A DNA stretch of 64,000 nucleotides, taken from positions 4,134 through 68,133 of the forward strand of contig CAYQPF010000010.1 of assembly GCA_964419225.1 (NCBI GenBank). The letters run 5' to 3'. The notes under the pieces were generated by a model. That model did no database searches, had not been told where the DNA came from, and worked only from the letters and a program-made list of their open reading frames with translations. Position numbers and translations under genes: made by a program. The stretch comes from an uncultured Candidatus Cloacimonadota bacterium. Its GTDB lineage: Bacteria > Cloacimonadota > Cloacimonadia > Cloacimonadales > CAYQPF01. This document shows, piece by piece, positions 11,242 to 20,728 of the stretch (the stretch's first letter is position 1; each line of letters starts with the position of its first letter).

Positions 11242-11349
11242 GAAGGTGTCAGGTGCCAGGTGTCGGGGGTCAGTAGAGAAAGAGAAAGCAACAGAAACAC
11301 TGACTTACACTGACGAGGAAAAGAGATCTACAGCAGCAAATGGAAGTGA
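11242..11349. repeat. Mosaic intergenic element, homologous to 45732-45886
   Basis: Shares these blocks with the second copy, in the same order: GAAGGTGTCAGGTGCCAGGTGTC, GTAGAGAAA, GAAACACTGACTTACACTGAC, AAAGAGATCTACAGC, TGGAAGTGA. Confidence 0.6.
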
Positions 11350-11471
11350 AAACAGGCTAAGAGCAGAGAGAATACGGATAATTCAAAAAGGGTTTCAACT
11401 TCAGGTTGTAACCCTTTGATCATAAAGAAGTTTTCAGTTGATTATTCTTTTTTAAGCAAAACTAATAAAAT

Positions 11472-14400
11472 CTAATCTTTATTCACCTCTGAAAATTCCA
11501 ACCTCATTAGATCCTTCAGCCAGTCAAGTTCCAACTCTTTCTCAGTAAATAAATAGAAAGAAGGTTTGATGATCTCGATCGAAGCATTATACAAGATCTC
11601 AAATTTGGAATATACTCTCAGAAGAGAGAATGCCTTAGAGAAATCTGCAAATAAACTGTTGTCTTTTTGGTTAAAAATATACATTTTTTCATTGGAAACA
11701 GTATCTTCCCAAATCATGAAGCGACCTTGACTCCAAAGGTGATAATTCTCTCCACCGTTTAGAGTGTGCTTCTTTGAATGAGCACCTGAATGAAAGTGTA
11801 AGCGATGTTCGTGATCAGGTTTAAAGTTAAGGGCAACCATTTCTCCACAATAGGTAACCAATCCGCTATTATTTTCAAATTGAGCAAAAGATGCCAGGAT
11901 CGGCAGTCCGGGTGCCAACAGGTAATAGTTTCTGGTCTTAATTCCTTTCATTTCCTCAATATTATGATATTCCACTTCAATGTAAAATCCCTTCCAAACA
12001 TTTCCATATTGATCCTGCATTTCACAGAATTCAGCGTTTCTGGGTTCGTTCAATAAGTTAAGAGTAGTGTAGTTAGGCTGCATGGGTGATAATCCGCCCA
12101 GCCAGGGGTTTTGAGTTCCTTTGATGCCATATTCAGGGAAGTTGGAATAGATCCATTCCTTTTGCTTATAACCAAGAGAATATACTATAGGAGCATAAGC
12201 AGAGCATGTTTTTAATTTCAGCACTCCGTTATCCAAGACCATAACTTCTTTACCTTCTTCTTCCTGAGTTAATTGCAGTACAGGTTCGGTGGTTGTTTTA
12301 AAGAGTACTTTTGCCTGCTTATCTTTTTTGAAACCATAGTCCACATCCAGGGATATAATATTCAGCCCGGGATTATCGCAGGAAAAGGGAGTCAGATCAA
12401 TTTTCTTTTCTGAATTTATGGTATGGGTCTGCTTTTCTACCAACACTTCATTTACGAAAAGTTCAACACTTTTTTGATTATAAACTTCCGTATAATCTAT
12501 TAATTGTGCTGCATTGATCTCTTGCAGAATTGGGTTGCCGGAATTTATGACTAATTCGCGATCAGGTCTGGTTAAGGAAGACAGGGTAGTATCCTGTAGT
12601 GCATAAGCTCTTAACTGATCAGGAGTCTTAAACATATTCAGAATAAGTTTCAAAGGTTTGGACATAGTATTTATGGGCAGTTCAAACAAATTATATTTAA
12701 AATAAACCTGTTTACGATCATCAATATCAGGTTCAATTCCATCCGGGAAAAGGACAGAAAATGTATTTCCATCTGATTCTGCAAATAACCAGTTTTCTTC
12801 CAGTTTTTTTGGTATTGGTGTAAACTGATTATCATCCACGAAGGAAACATTTCTGATCAAGTCACCTTTATGAGCAAAGGTAAAGGTCCAATTTCTTAGG
12901 ATTGTGCCAAACTCCAACACCAGGGTATCTTCATATGAGCCAAAATCGTTAACAACAACATAGCACTCTAAAACACCTGAAGAAAATAATCTGAAAATGC
13001 GGGTTAAATCCACACCAGGAAATTTGCGGGATTTATAACTCAGGGACATTTCTGTGTAATCAGGTAAATCCTCCAGCTTGTAAGCATATGGTTTTATACT
13101 GAGAAACTCATCGTTGTAGGTCTCTCCTAAATAGAAAGAATTGAAATTTAGCATAGTTCCGTAAATATGGTAAAATCTGTCGGTTATCTGATTGTTCCCT
13201 GTTTTGACTATCCAATAGAACAGCCCATTCCTCAGATAATAGGTATCTTTTGTTTTAGCAACATATTTTCCCCACAGCATACCTGCACGTAAGACCATTT
13301 CATCTTCATAGGTAATGATATCATTTTCACTGGTTCTGGCTTTTATCTTTATATTTTGGATATACATTAAGGACTCTTTAGCAGTACATGAGATATAAAT
13401 ACTTTTCTTTTCTGAGGCTTCCAGACTAAATTTCAGCAAAGGTTCCAGAAAAGTTATTTTTTCCTGTTCTGGAAATTGTATTTCATAATCAGTTTTCAAT
13501 TTCAAATTGTTTTCTAAATTGAAGAGAAATTTTATTTCTTTATCGGGAATATCAAAGGTTCCATATTGCATTTCAGACATTGTTAAAGGATATTTTGCAT
13601 CAATTCCAATGCCAAATATGGCTGACTTACCATTCACGGTTATGTGAACAGATACTGCAGGTTTGGTATTAAACTGATTCTCTTTTTCAGGCATAAGCAA
13701 TAGTTTGAAATCTCTGATTATCTCTAATTCTTTATCAATAGTAAATGATTCCTCCACTGGGAAAGACACAATTTGATCGATGATACCTTTTAAGTCAACG
13801 GTCAGCGGTTTATCAGTTTTATTATGAATCAGAATAGACAGTTTTTGATTAAGACCGATGATTGGTTTTGCCGAGGGTGTGGAGATCTGGATTTGAAAAT
13901 CAGCACAATCTAAAAAATTCATAAGTCTGCCGGATGCCTCAAATCGAGCTTCTAACCTTTTGTCATTTTTTTCCCAGACATAATCATACTCGATAAAATC
14001 ACCCTTCTTTTCGCCATCATGGACAATTTCATAACTTCTTTTCTGGTCCTGGTATTTATCAAATTGGTTCAGGTAAAAAGCTGTCAGTTCATTCTTGATG
14101 AGATAAGGGATGAAATTAATAAAGAAAGTATAGCTTTGTTCTACTTTTGTCCAGATGAAGCCGCATTTTTTGTATAAGGGTACTGCTTTTGTATTTCCTT
14201 CCCAGGTAAACAAATACAAATGAGGATAACCAAGTTCGATTGCTCTCTCCAGACATTTCAGGACCAGCAATTTCCCCAGTCCCTTTCCATGATACTCAGG
14301 ATCAACGGACAGCATATTTATGATTATTCCGCCTGGTACTTCCGGAAACGGACCCAGATTCACATATCCGACGGCCTTTTCGCCTTCCATAAGCAGATAA

Positions 14401-14555
14401 CGATTGATAAACTCGTTTTTATTTTGATGTTGAATTTCTCTTTCTTCAGTCATGTTGAATTCATATCCATTCCAGCCGGAACTGCTTCTATTCCACATAT
14501 CTGCTGATGCTTTTGCGTAAGTATTATCATATTCCACTAAACGAATTTCTTCCAT
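11472..14555 (-). CDS. 1027-aa protein: N-terminal GNAT acetyltransferase domain fused to about 850 aa with no recognisable family
   Basis: GNAT core LSVDPEYHGKGLGKLLVLKCLERAIELGYPHLYLFTWEGNTKAVPLYKKCGF (acetyl-CoA motif A type) at about aa 80-135. No signal peptide. I recognise nothing in the remainder. Confidence 0.8.
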   Translation of the reverse strand: MEEIRLVEYDNTYAKASADMWNRSSSGWNGYEFNMTEEREIQHQNKNEFINRYLLMEGEKAVGYVNLGPFPEVPGGIIINMLSVDPEYHGKGLGKLLVLKCLERAIELGYPHLYLFTWEGNTKAVPLYKKCGFIWTKVEQSYTFFINFIPYLIKNELTAFYLNQFDKYQDQKRSYEIVHDGEKKGDFIEYDYVWEKNDKRLEARFEASGRLMNFLDCADFQIQISTPSAKPIIGLNQKLSILIHNKTDKPLTVDLKGIIDQIVSFPVEESFTIDKELEIIRDFKLLLMPEKENQFNTKPAVSVHITVNGKSAIFGIGIDAKYPLTMSEMQYGTFDIPDKEIKFLFNLENNLKLKTDYEIQFPEQEKITFLEPLLKFSLEASEKKSIYISCTAKESLMYIQNIKIKARTSENDIITYEDEMVLRAGMLWGKYVAKTKDTYYLRNGLFYWIVKTGNNQITDRFYHIYGTMLNFNSFYLGETYNDEFLSIKPYAYKLEDLPDYTEMSLSYKSRKFPGVDLTRIFRLFSSGVLECYVVVNDFGSYEDTLVLEFGTILRNWTFTFAHKGDLIRNVSFVDDNQFTPIPKKLEENWLFAESDGNTFSVLFPDGIEPDIDDRKQVYFKYNLFELPINTMSKPLKLILNMFKTPDQLRAYALQDTTLSSLTRPDRELVINSGNPILQEINAAQLIDYTEVYNQKSVELFVNEVLVEKQTHTINSEKKIDLTPFSCDNPGLNIISLDVDYGFKKDKQAKVLFKTTTEPVLQLTQEEEGKEVMVLDNGVLKLKTCSAYAPIVYSLGYKQKEWIYSNFPEYGIKGTQNPWLGGLSPMQPNYTTLNLLNEPRNAEFCEMQDQYGNVWKGFYIEVEYHNIEEMKGIKTRNYYLLAPGLPILASFAQFENNSGLVTYCGEMVALNFKPDHEHRLHFHSGAHSKKHTLNGGENYHLWSQGRFMIWEDTVSNEKMYIFNQKDNSLFADFSKAFSLLRVYSKFEILYNASIEIIKPSFYLFTEKELELDWLKDLMRLEFSEVNKD

Positions 14556-15188
14556 AAATCCTCCAATAGTCTGAGTTCATAACAATTACTTATTATAATT
14601 TATTCTTATTTGTCAATAGAAATTGCGGAGGGCAGGGAAAGATAACTCACCCCCGGCCCCTCTCTTGGAAAGCGAGGGGTGTGAATGTTAACAATCCATT
14701 CCAGAACATACCCTTGGTAAGGGAAGGGGATGCTTTGAGAAATGGACGATATGGACTCAATGGACTATATGGACTTTTCCAGGCGTCAGGTGCCAGTGGG
14801 GAAATAACCCATCCCGTTCCGTTCCCTGGGTAAGAGAAGGTGAAATGACAGGTGAAAGTAAATGATAGCCTGAAGGCATCAGAAAGGGAAATTTCCGAAA
14901 CACAGACTAACACTGACTAACACTGACAAGAGATGAGATCTGAGGCTATAGTATGAGTGTATTGTTTGATAAGGGAGAATCCACAAGGGGTGTTGAAGAG
15001 AAAGACTCTATCTATGACTTAACTGTATATTTATCAAACAATTGTAAATATGGGTTCAAAAAAGACATTAGAAACAGGAAATATTTTCCCATTTTGGGGA
15101 GAAAGGGAAAATATTAGAATAGTAGTAAACGCGTATTAAAATATATAACTTCCATTATAACAATACTTTAAAGCGATGTGAACAACAT

Positions 15189-15204
15189 TGGCACAGGGGA
15201 TGCA
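15189..15204 (+). promoter_or_regulatory. Candidate sigma-54 (-24/-12) promoter upstream of flgI
   Basis: TGGCACaggggATGCA versus consensus TGGCAC-N5-TTGCW. GG and GC have exact spacing, with one mismatch. 154 nt upstream of the flgI start. Confidence 0.5.
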
Positions 15205-15357
15205 TCTAATAAGATTGGTTAGTTTATAGAGTGTATCGAGTGACAGATTTCCTCTTTGTGGTTGAAGAGGAATTCATGACGCCCATTTGGTTCGGTTAGT
15301 AAATTTCAAAGGGGGAAGGGATTCCCCTGAGTTTTTAATAATCATTAAGAAGAGGAA

Positions 15358-16446
15358 ATGAAGATGAAAAATTTAATGTTAAGCATCGTGGTTTTAGTTT
15401 TGGTGGCTAATGTTTTTGGGGAAACCCGTTTAAAAGACATCAGTTCATTCACCGGATTGGAATCAAAATCCGTGATAGGATACGGTTTGGTCGTAGGTTT
15501 GCAGGGTACGGGCGACGGCTCAAGCTCGCAAATGACCATTCAGTCGATCATGAATATGCTTGATCATTTCGGGATATCAGTACCCATGAACAAGATCAGA
15601 CCCAATAATGTGGCTGCAGTAATGGTGACTGGGATCATGCCTGCCTTTGCGAAGACAGGATCCGAGTTTGACGTTATAATTTCTTCGATTGGTGATGCCA
15701 GGAGTTTGGAGGGTGGAGTTCTATTAATGACTCCCCTTTCCGGAACCGATGACAAGCAATACGCCATGGCACAGGGACCCGTGTCCATTGGCGGATTCAA
15801 TGAGGAAACCAAACAAGTTAAAATCAGAAAGAATTATACAAATGTAGGCCGTATTCCCAACGGAGCAATTGTAGAGAAAGAGATATACAGTCAGTTAGTC
15901 AGTAATGGCGAGTTATTATTAAACCTTAAGAACAGTGATTTTTCGACAGCTCAGAAAGTTGTATTAGCAATCAACAGGAATTTCCGCACGAAGCTTGCTT
16001 ATGCAGAAGATGCTACCTCGATCGCAATAGCAGTACCTGATTCAGTGTTATCCCGCAAGAATCTGGTCGGCTTTATCTCCAGAATAGAGAATTTGCAGGT
16101 AACCCCTGAGACCTCGGCTAAAGTTGTGATCAATGAGAGAACAGGCACCATCGTAGCGGGTGGAAATGTTCAGATCAGTGAAGTCGCTATATCTCACGGC
16201 AATCTTATTATAGAAATCAGAAACAGAACTACCACTACCAGCATAGGCAGATTGAGCCAGACTAATACTGATGGCAAGGCTAATGTATCGAGTGAAATCG
16301 GAACAGTAATGGTGATGGAAGCAACGACTGTGCAGGAACTTGCGAGATCACTGAATAGTATAAAAGTCAGTCCGCGTGATATGATCTCGATCTTTCAATC
16401 ATTGAAAGCATCCGGATCATTACAAGCCGAACTTGAGATATTGTAG
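15358..16446 (+). CDS. flgI: Flagellar P-ring protein
   Basis: Signal peptide. RLKDISSFTGLESKSVIGYGLVVGLQGTGD and GNLIIEI..., C-terminal ...LQAELEIL are typical FlgI. The start could also be the ATG at 15364. Confidence 0.95.
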   Translation: MKMKNLMLSIVVLVLVANVFGETRLKDISSFTGLESKSVIGYGLVVGLQGTGDGSSSQMTIQSIMNMLDHFGISVPMNKIRPNNVAAVMVTGIMPAFAKTGSEFDVIISSIGDARSLEGGVLLMTPLSGTDDKQYAMAQGPVSIGGFNEETKQVKIRKNYTNVGRIPNGAIVEKEIYSQLVSNGELLLNLKNSDFSTAQKVVLAINRNFRTKLAYAEDATSIAIAVPDSVLSRKNLVGFISRIENLQVTPETSAKVVINERTGTIVAGGNVQISEVAISHGNLIIEIRNRTTTTSIGRLSQTNTDGKANVSSEIGTVMVMEATTVQELARSLNSIKVSPRDMISIFQSLKASGSLQAELEIL

Positions 16447-16454
16447 GAGCAAAA

Positions 16455-17318
16455 ATGAGTATCAATCTGGTTAATTTGAATAACGATGTGAGTGCCAAGA
16501 TGGAGCTGCAGAAGACTGAGGAATTAAAAAAACTCAATTCGAAGGCAGGTTCCGGAAAGAAAGAAGATGTTGAAAAGGCGGCACAGGGATTCGAAACCAT
16601 GATGATCAAGCAGATGCTGAATACAATGACTAAATCTTTAGAGAACGGTGGATTTTTTGGTGAGATGCCTGGTTCAGATTTTTATCAGGAAATGTATATG
16701 CAGAAGATTTCGGAGACGATGAGCAGACAGGGGCATTTTGGGATTGCAGACATGATCAAAAGACAGATGACAAATGATTATACCAACCTTCCCATAAAGT
16801 CTGTAATGCCGGAGTTTGAGAAGACTGCAACACCAAGGGATAAGGAAACAACACCAAGGGAGAAGGAAGGAGTCAAAGAGGTACAAGCAGTTAAGGTAGA
16901 GAAAAGTGAGAGCACACCTAAGACCTTATTAAGCCGGTTGAACTTTTTGGAACCGATCATAACCAAGGCAGCCAACCTATTCCATGTAGAGAAGAATCTG
17001 ATCAAAGCCATTATAGCTCAGGAGAGTTACGGCAATGGCAATGCAGTATCGAAATCAGGAGCCAAGGGTTTGATGCAGTTGATGGATGGTACGGCCAAGG
17101 ATTTGGGAGTAACAGATCCTCACAATGCTGAGCAGAATATTATGGCCGGAACAAAGTATATTAAGCAGATGCTGGATAAATATCAGGATAAGGAAGTTGC
17201 TTTGGCAGCGTATAATGCCGGACCTGGAAATGTTGATAAGCATGGCGGGATACCGCCTTTTAAGGAAACTCGCAATTACGTCAAAAAGGTAATCACCTTT
17301 TACGAAAACATGGAATAA
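16455..17318 (+). CDS. flgJ: FlgJ-like rod-binding protein fused to a lytic transglycosylase (SLT/GH23) domain
   Basis: Rod-binding motif AAQGFETMMIKQMLNTMTKS in the N-terminal part. SLT motifs AQESYGNGNAVSKSGAKGLMQLM and AYNAGPGNV in the last 110 aa or so. Confidence 0.85.
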   Translation: MSINLVNLNNDVSAKMELQKTEELKKLNSKAGSGKKEDVEKAAQGFETMMIKQMLNTMTKSLENGGFFGEMPGSDFYQEMYMQKISETMSRQGHFGIADMIKRQMTNDYTNLPIKSVMPEFEKTATPRDKETTPREKEGVKEVQAVKVEKSESTPKTLLSRLNFLEPIITKAANLFHVEKNLIKAIIAQESYGNGNAVSKSGAKGLMQLMDGTAKDLGVTDPHNAEQNIMAGTKYIKQMLDKYQDKEVALAAYNAGPGNVDKHGGIPPFKETRNYVKKVITFYENME

Positions 17319-17328
17319 GGAGAAACGC

Positions 17329-17829
17329 ATGGAAGCTTTAATCAAGGACTTCTTTAAGGCTTGGGAAGATGAAATCGCTGCGTACCAGGAAGTGGCTTTA
17401 ATCCTGGGAGAGCAGAAATCAGCCTTAGTTGACTGGGATATCAAGAAATTCCAGAAAGTTAGTCAGGAAGCAGCTTTATTGATCAGTAATGCTAACAAAT
17501 CCACCAATTTCAGGCATGACTTGATGGAAACATTGATAGTTACACATGATCTAAAGTTGGAGAATTACTCCCTGAAAAACATCTTTGAAGTATTTTACAA
17601 AGACGAAGAGAAGGAAAAATCGAGTATATTCTTCAAGGTATTTTCGAATACTCTGAAGCAGATCGACAAGTTTTCCGCACAGAACAAAGAGTTGATCAGA
17701 ACAGGGCTTGAGCTTGTAGGTGAGAATTTGGAAATGATCGCAGACATCATCGACAAAGACAGAGTCTATAGCCGGGTTGGCATGATTCAACCGAAACGCA
17801 ATGCCATTTTATTAAACAAGAGGATTTAA
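17329..17829 (+). CDS. FlgN-like flagellar export chaperone (assignment by position and helical character)
   Basis: 166-aa helical protein immediately upstream of flgK (1-nt gap). Weak resemblance to the FlgN family. Confidence 0.5.
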   Translation: MEALIKDFFKAWEDEIAAYQEVALILGEQKSALVDWDIKKFQKVSQEAALLISNANKSTNFRHDLMETLIVTHDLKLENYSLKNIFEVFYKDEEKEKSSIFFKVFSNTLKQIDKFSAQNKELIRTGLELVGENLEMIADIIDKDRVYSRVGMIQPKRNAILLNKRI

Positions 17830-17830
17830 A

Positions 17831-19213
17831 ATGATCAATCTGATAAATCTCGGGAAGAAAGCACTTGCAGTTAATGAGGCGAATATTGACATAACGGGTC
17901 ATAATATTGCCAACATTAACACACCGGGATATAGCAGACAAAGATTAATCCAGGAAGCCAGTGCTCCTATGAGCGACATACTGGGGAATTATGGTTCCGG
18001 TGTTGAAATGACGAGAATCGAAAGAACCAGAGACCAGTATTTAGACCGTCAGTATCGTGATGCGAACACGGATTTGGGGTATTGGGAAAAGTCTTCTGCC
18101 AAGCTGAAAGAACTTGAATCAGCGGTAGGCGGACCAGATCAGAACAGTATTAGTACACAATTAAATCTCTTTTTTGACAATTGGGAATCTTTAGCCAATA
18201 ATCCCAATAGTTCGATTCATAAGAGTAATTTAGTTGATCAGACAAAAGAACTTGTAAACAGCTTTCATGACTTGCGAAACTCCTTAACAAATAAGAAAAA
18301 AGAAATCAATGATGAGATCGTTGCCAATGTAGGCAAAATTAACAAAATAACAGCAGAACTGGCTGATTTGAATGCCAGAATTAAGATGTCGGAAAATGAG
18401 AATGCTCCGGCTAATGATTTGCGGGACAGATTTGATTATTTAGTTGATGATCTTTCCAAGATCGCCAATGTTACGGTACAGACCAAAAATTCAGATGGCA
18501 ACACCATAATTTATCTGGGATCCGACCTGATAGTAGCTTATGATGAAGCCAGAATGCTTTCAGTAGATAGTAGTTCAGACGGGGAAATTGACCATTCCAA
18601 GGTAATCTGGAAAGACAATTTTGAAGAAGTAAACGGACTTAATAACGGTGAGTTAGCCGGATTAATCAACACACGTGACAACACGATCACAAATTACGAG
18701 AGTATGCTGGATCAGTTGGCAGTGAAGTTATCAGAAGTGGTCAATGACATTCATAAGACAGGATACGATGCCCAGAATCCTCTAGGAAACGGAAAGAACT
18801 TTTTTAAATCTGATGTCACAGGAGCAGCTGATTTTAATTTATCAGATGAAATTCTGTATGATTTTAATAATGTTTCCGTATCCGAGTCAGGGGAAGTTGG
18901 AGATAATCAGATAGCATTGCAAATAACCGACCTAAGATCAAGTAAAGCTTTCTCAGATAACCAGAGTTTAACTGAATATCTGGGAAGTCTTTTAACTCAA
19001 ATAGGACGGGATTCAGATAAAGCTGCGACAAACAGTGAGAATCTGGGAACAACACTCAAGCAGGTAAACAATTTTAGAGAAAGTGTCAAGGGAGTCTCTT
19101 TGAATGAAGAGTCTGCCAATTTGATCAAATATCAACAGACATATCAGGCCGCTGCGAAGATAATATCAATCGCAGATACAATGTTTTCAACAATAATAGG
19201 TTTAGTAAGATGA
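17831..19213 (+). CDS. flgK: Flagellar hook-associated protein 1
   Basis: N-terminus LGKKALAVNEANIDITGHNIANINTPGYSRQRL. C-terminus EESANLIKYQQTYQAAAKIISIADTMF. Confidence 0.93.
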   Translation: MINLINLGKKALAVNEANIDITGHNIANINTPGYSRQRLIQEASAPMSDILGNYGSGVEMTRIERTRDQYLDRQYRDANTDLGYWEKSSAKLKELESAVGGPDQNSISTQLNLFFDNWESLANNPNSSIHKSNLVDQTKELVNSFHDLRNSLTNKKKEINDEIVANVGKINKITAELADLNARIKMSENENAPANDLRDRFDYLVDDLSKIANVTVQTKNSDGNTIIYLGSDLIVAYDEARMLSVDSSSDGEIDHSKVIWKDNFEEVNGLNNGELAGLINTRDNTITNYESMLDQLAVKLSEVVNDIHKTGYDAQNPLGNGKNFFKSDVTGAADFNLSDEILYDFNNVSVSESGEVGDNQIALQITDLRSSKAFSDNQSLTEYLGSLLTQIGRDSDKAATNSENLGTTLKQVNNFRESVKGVSLNEESANLIKYQQTYQAAAKIISIADTMFSTIIGLVR

Positions 19214-19253
19214 TTAAGAATAGATCATTAACATTCAACCAGGGAAGGTGCTT

Positions 19254-19508
19254 ATGTTAATTTTAACACGTAAAGTCGGAGAATCAATCCAAATTGGAGA
19301 TTCCATTGAAGTAGTATTAGCAGAGATCAACAAGGGTTCTGTGAGAATAGGCATAAATGCTCCGAGAGATATGCCGGTGTATCGTAAGGAGATTTATCAG
19401 AAGATCTTACAGGAAAACCAGGAAGCTGCGGACTTTAGTTTAAACAATAAGGAATTCGACAGTCTGAACCAATTGCTTACCCAAGTGGTAAAGACGGAGA
19501 AATCCTAA
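19254..19508 (+). CDS. csrA: Carbon storage regulator CsrA (long C-terminal tail, FliW-partnered type)
   Basis: [57 protein letters not shown] 5 nt before the ATG at 19254. Confidence 0.95.
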   Translation: MLILTRKVGESIQIGDSIEVVLAEINKGSVRIGINAPRDMPVYRKEIYQKILQENQEAADFSLNNKEFDSLNQLLTQVVKTEKS

Positions 19509-19521
19509 ATCGGGGGTTAGT

Positions 19522-20712
19522 ATGAGAGTGACCAATACTATGATGTATAACCAAATGATGACCAGTGTTTCGAACAATATGGAAACATATAACAGGTTAA
19601 CAGAGCAGATGAGTACAGAGAGAAGGATAAACAATCCTTCAGATGATCCTGTAGGCTTTGGAGTAGCTCTGAATCAGCACACTGATCTATCTGCAACAAA
19701 TCAATATGTGAAAAACATGAAGGAAGCTGAAGAGTTTTTGAAAGCAACAGACAGTGCACTGAATTCGATAGATGATATCATCACGAATGTCAGGGAAATT
19801 GCAGAGACGAATGCCACAGAAACAGCCACAGCGACAAACCGTTCCATAGCTGCCGACCAGATCGACCAGTATATTGATCAATCCATAGAAATTGCGAACA
19901 CTCAAGTACGAGACCGTTACATATTCTCCGGCTTCAAAACCGGAGATCCTGCTTATTCAACTCAGGGAAGAGTTTTAGATCCGTATGCCAATACGAACAA
20001 TTTCTATCAGGGCAAGGTCGCTGCTTCCGGAGATTATCAATTAACCCAGAATCAGACCTATATGATCAAATTCACTCAGGGTGGAAATGTAGGAACAGCC
20101 GGAGCAGCAACTACGGCGAAATACAGTATCTCCACCGATAATGGAGCAACCTGGAGTGATGAACAAGATTTTACCAGTCTTTCCGTGGATGTTATCGACA
20201 AAGACGGAATCGACTCCGGTTTGAATCTTGAATTTGATCCTGCAGAATTACATGAAGATGATGTCTTTAAACTCGACATCACTGCCGGTAATTATCAGGG
20301 AGACAATGGGAAGATTGATTACAATGCGAATAAGAATACCAGACTCACAACCAATGTAACAGGTCAGGAAGTTTTTGAAGACAACAAATATTTCCAGACA
20401 CTGCATAAGCTGAGTCAGGCCTTGAAGAACAACAACCAACTGGAAATTGCCCAGTCAGTAGCAGACTTAAAAACCCTGCAGACAGATATGCAAACTCAGA
20501 TCTCCTCAGCAGGTGTGAGCCTGAGCAGAGTTCAGGTTGCTCAGAGTAATCTGACATCGATGCAGGAGAATCTGACAGCCAGTATTCAGGATATAGAAAA
20601 GGTGGATGCAGTCCAAACGCTGACTCAGTTCACCATGGCAGAAAATGCTTTGAATGCCTCGGTAACAGCCCTGGCCAAAATATTCCCAAAGAGTCTTTTA
20701 AATTATTTATAA
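19522..20712 (+). CDS. flgL: Flagellar hook-associated protein 3
   Basis: MRVTNTMMYNQMMTSVSNNMETYNRLTEQMSTERRINNPSDDPVG. Flagellin-type C-terminal helix. Confidence 0.9.
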   Translation: MRVTNTMMYNQMMTSVSNNMETYNRLTEQMSTERRINNPSDDPVGFGVALNQHTDLSATNQYVKNMKEAEEFLKATDSALNSIDDIITNVREIAETNATETATATNRSIAADQIDQYIDQSIEIANTQVRDRYIFSGFKTGDPAYSTQGRVLDPYANTNNFYQGKVAASGDYQLTQNQTYMIKFTQGGNVGTAGAATTAKYSISTDNGATWSDEQDFTSLSVDVIDKDGIDSGLNLEFDPAELHEDDVFKLDITAGNYQGDNGKIDYNANKNTRLTTNVTGQEVFEDNKYFQTLHKLSQALKNNNQLEIAQSVADLKTLQTDMQTQISSAGVSLSRVQVAQSNLTSMQENLTASIQDIEKVDAVQTLTQFTMAENALNASVTALAKIFPKSLLNYL

Positions 20713-20728
20713 ACACAAGGAGAGAATC

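Noticed and set aside
14647-14913. ORF-track entries lying entirely in repeat-filled gaps (14647-14913, 11231-11419, 40068-40433, 10944-11174, 26066-26257)
   Set aside because: Their translations are low-complexity read-outs of the word repeats (for example ...SLSDAFRLSFTFTCHFTFSY...). They have no RBS and no family resemblance. Treated as non-coding.
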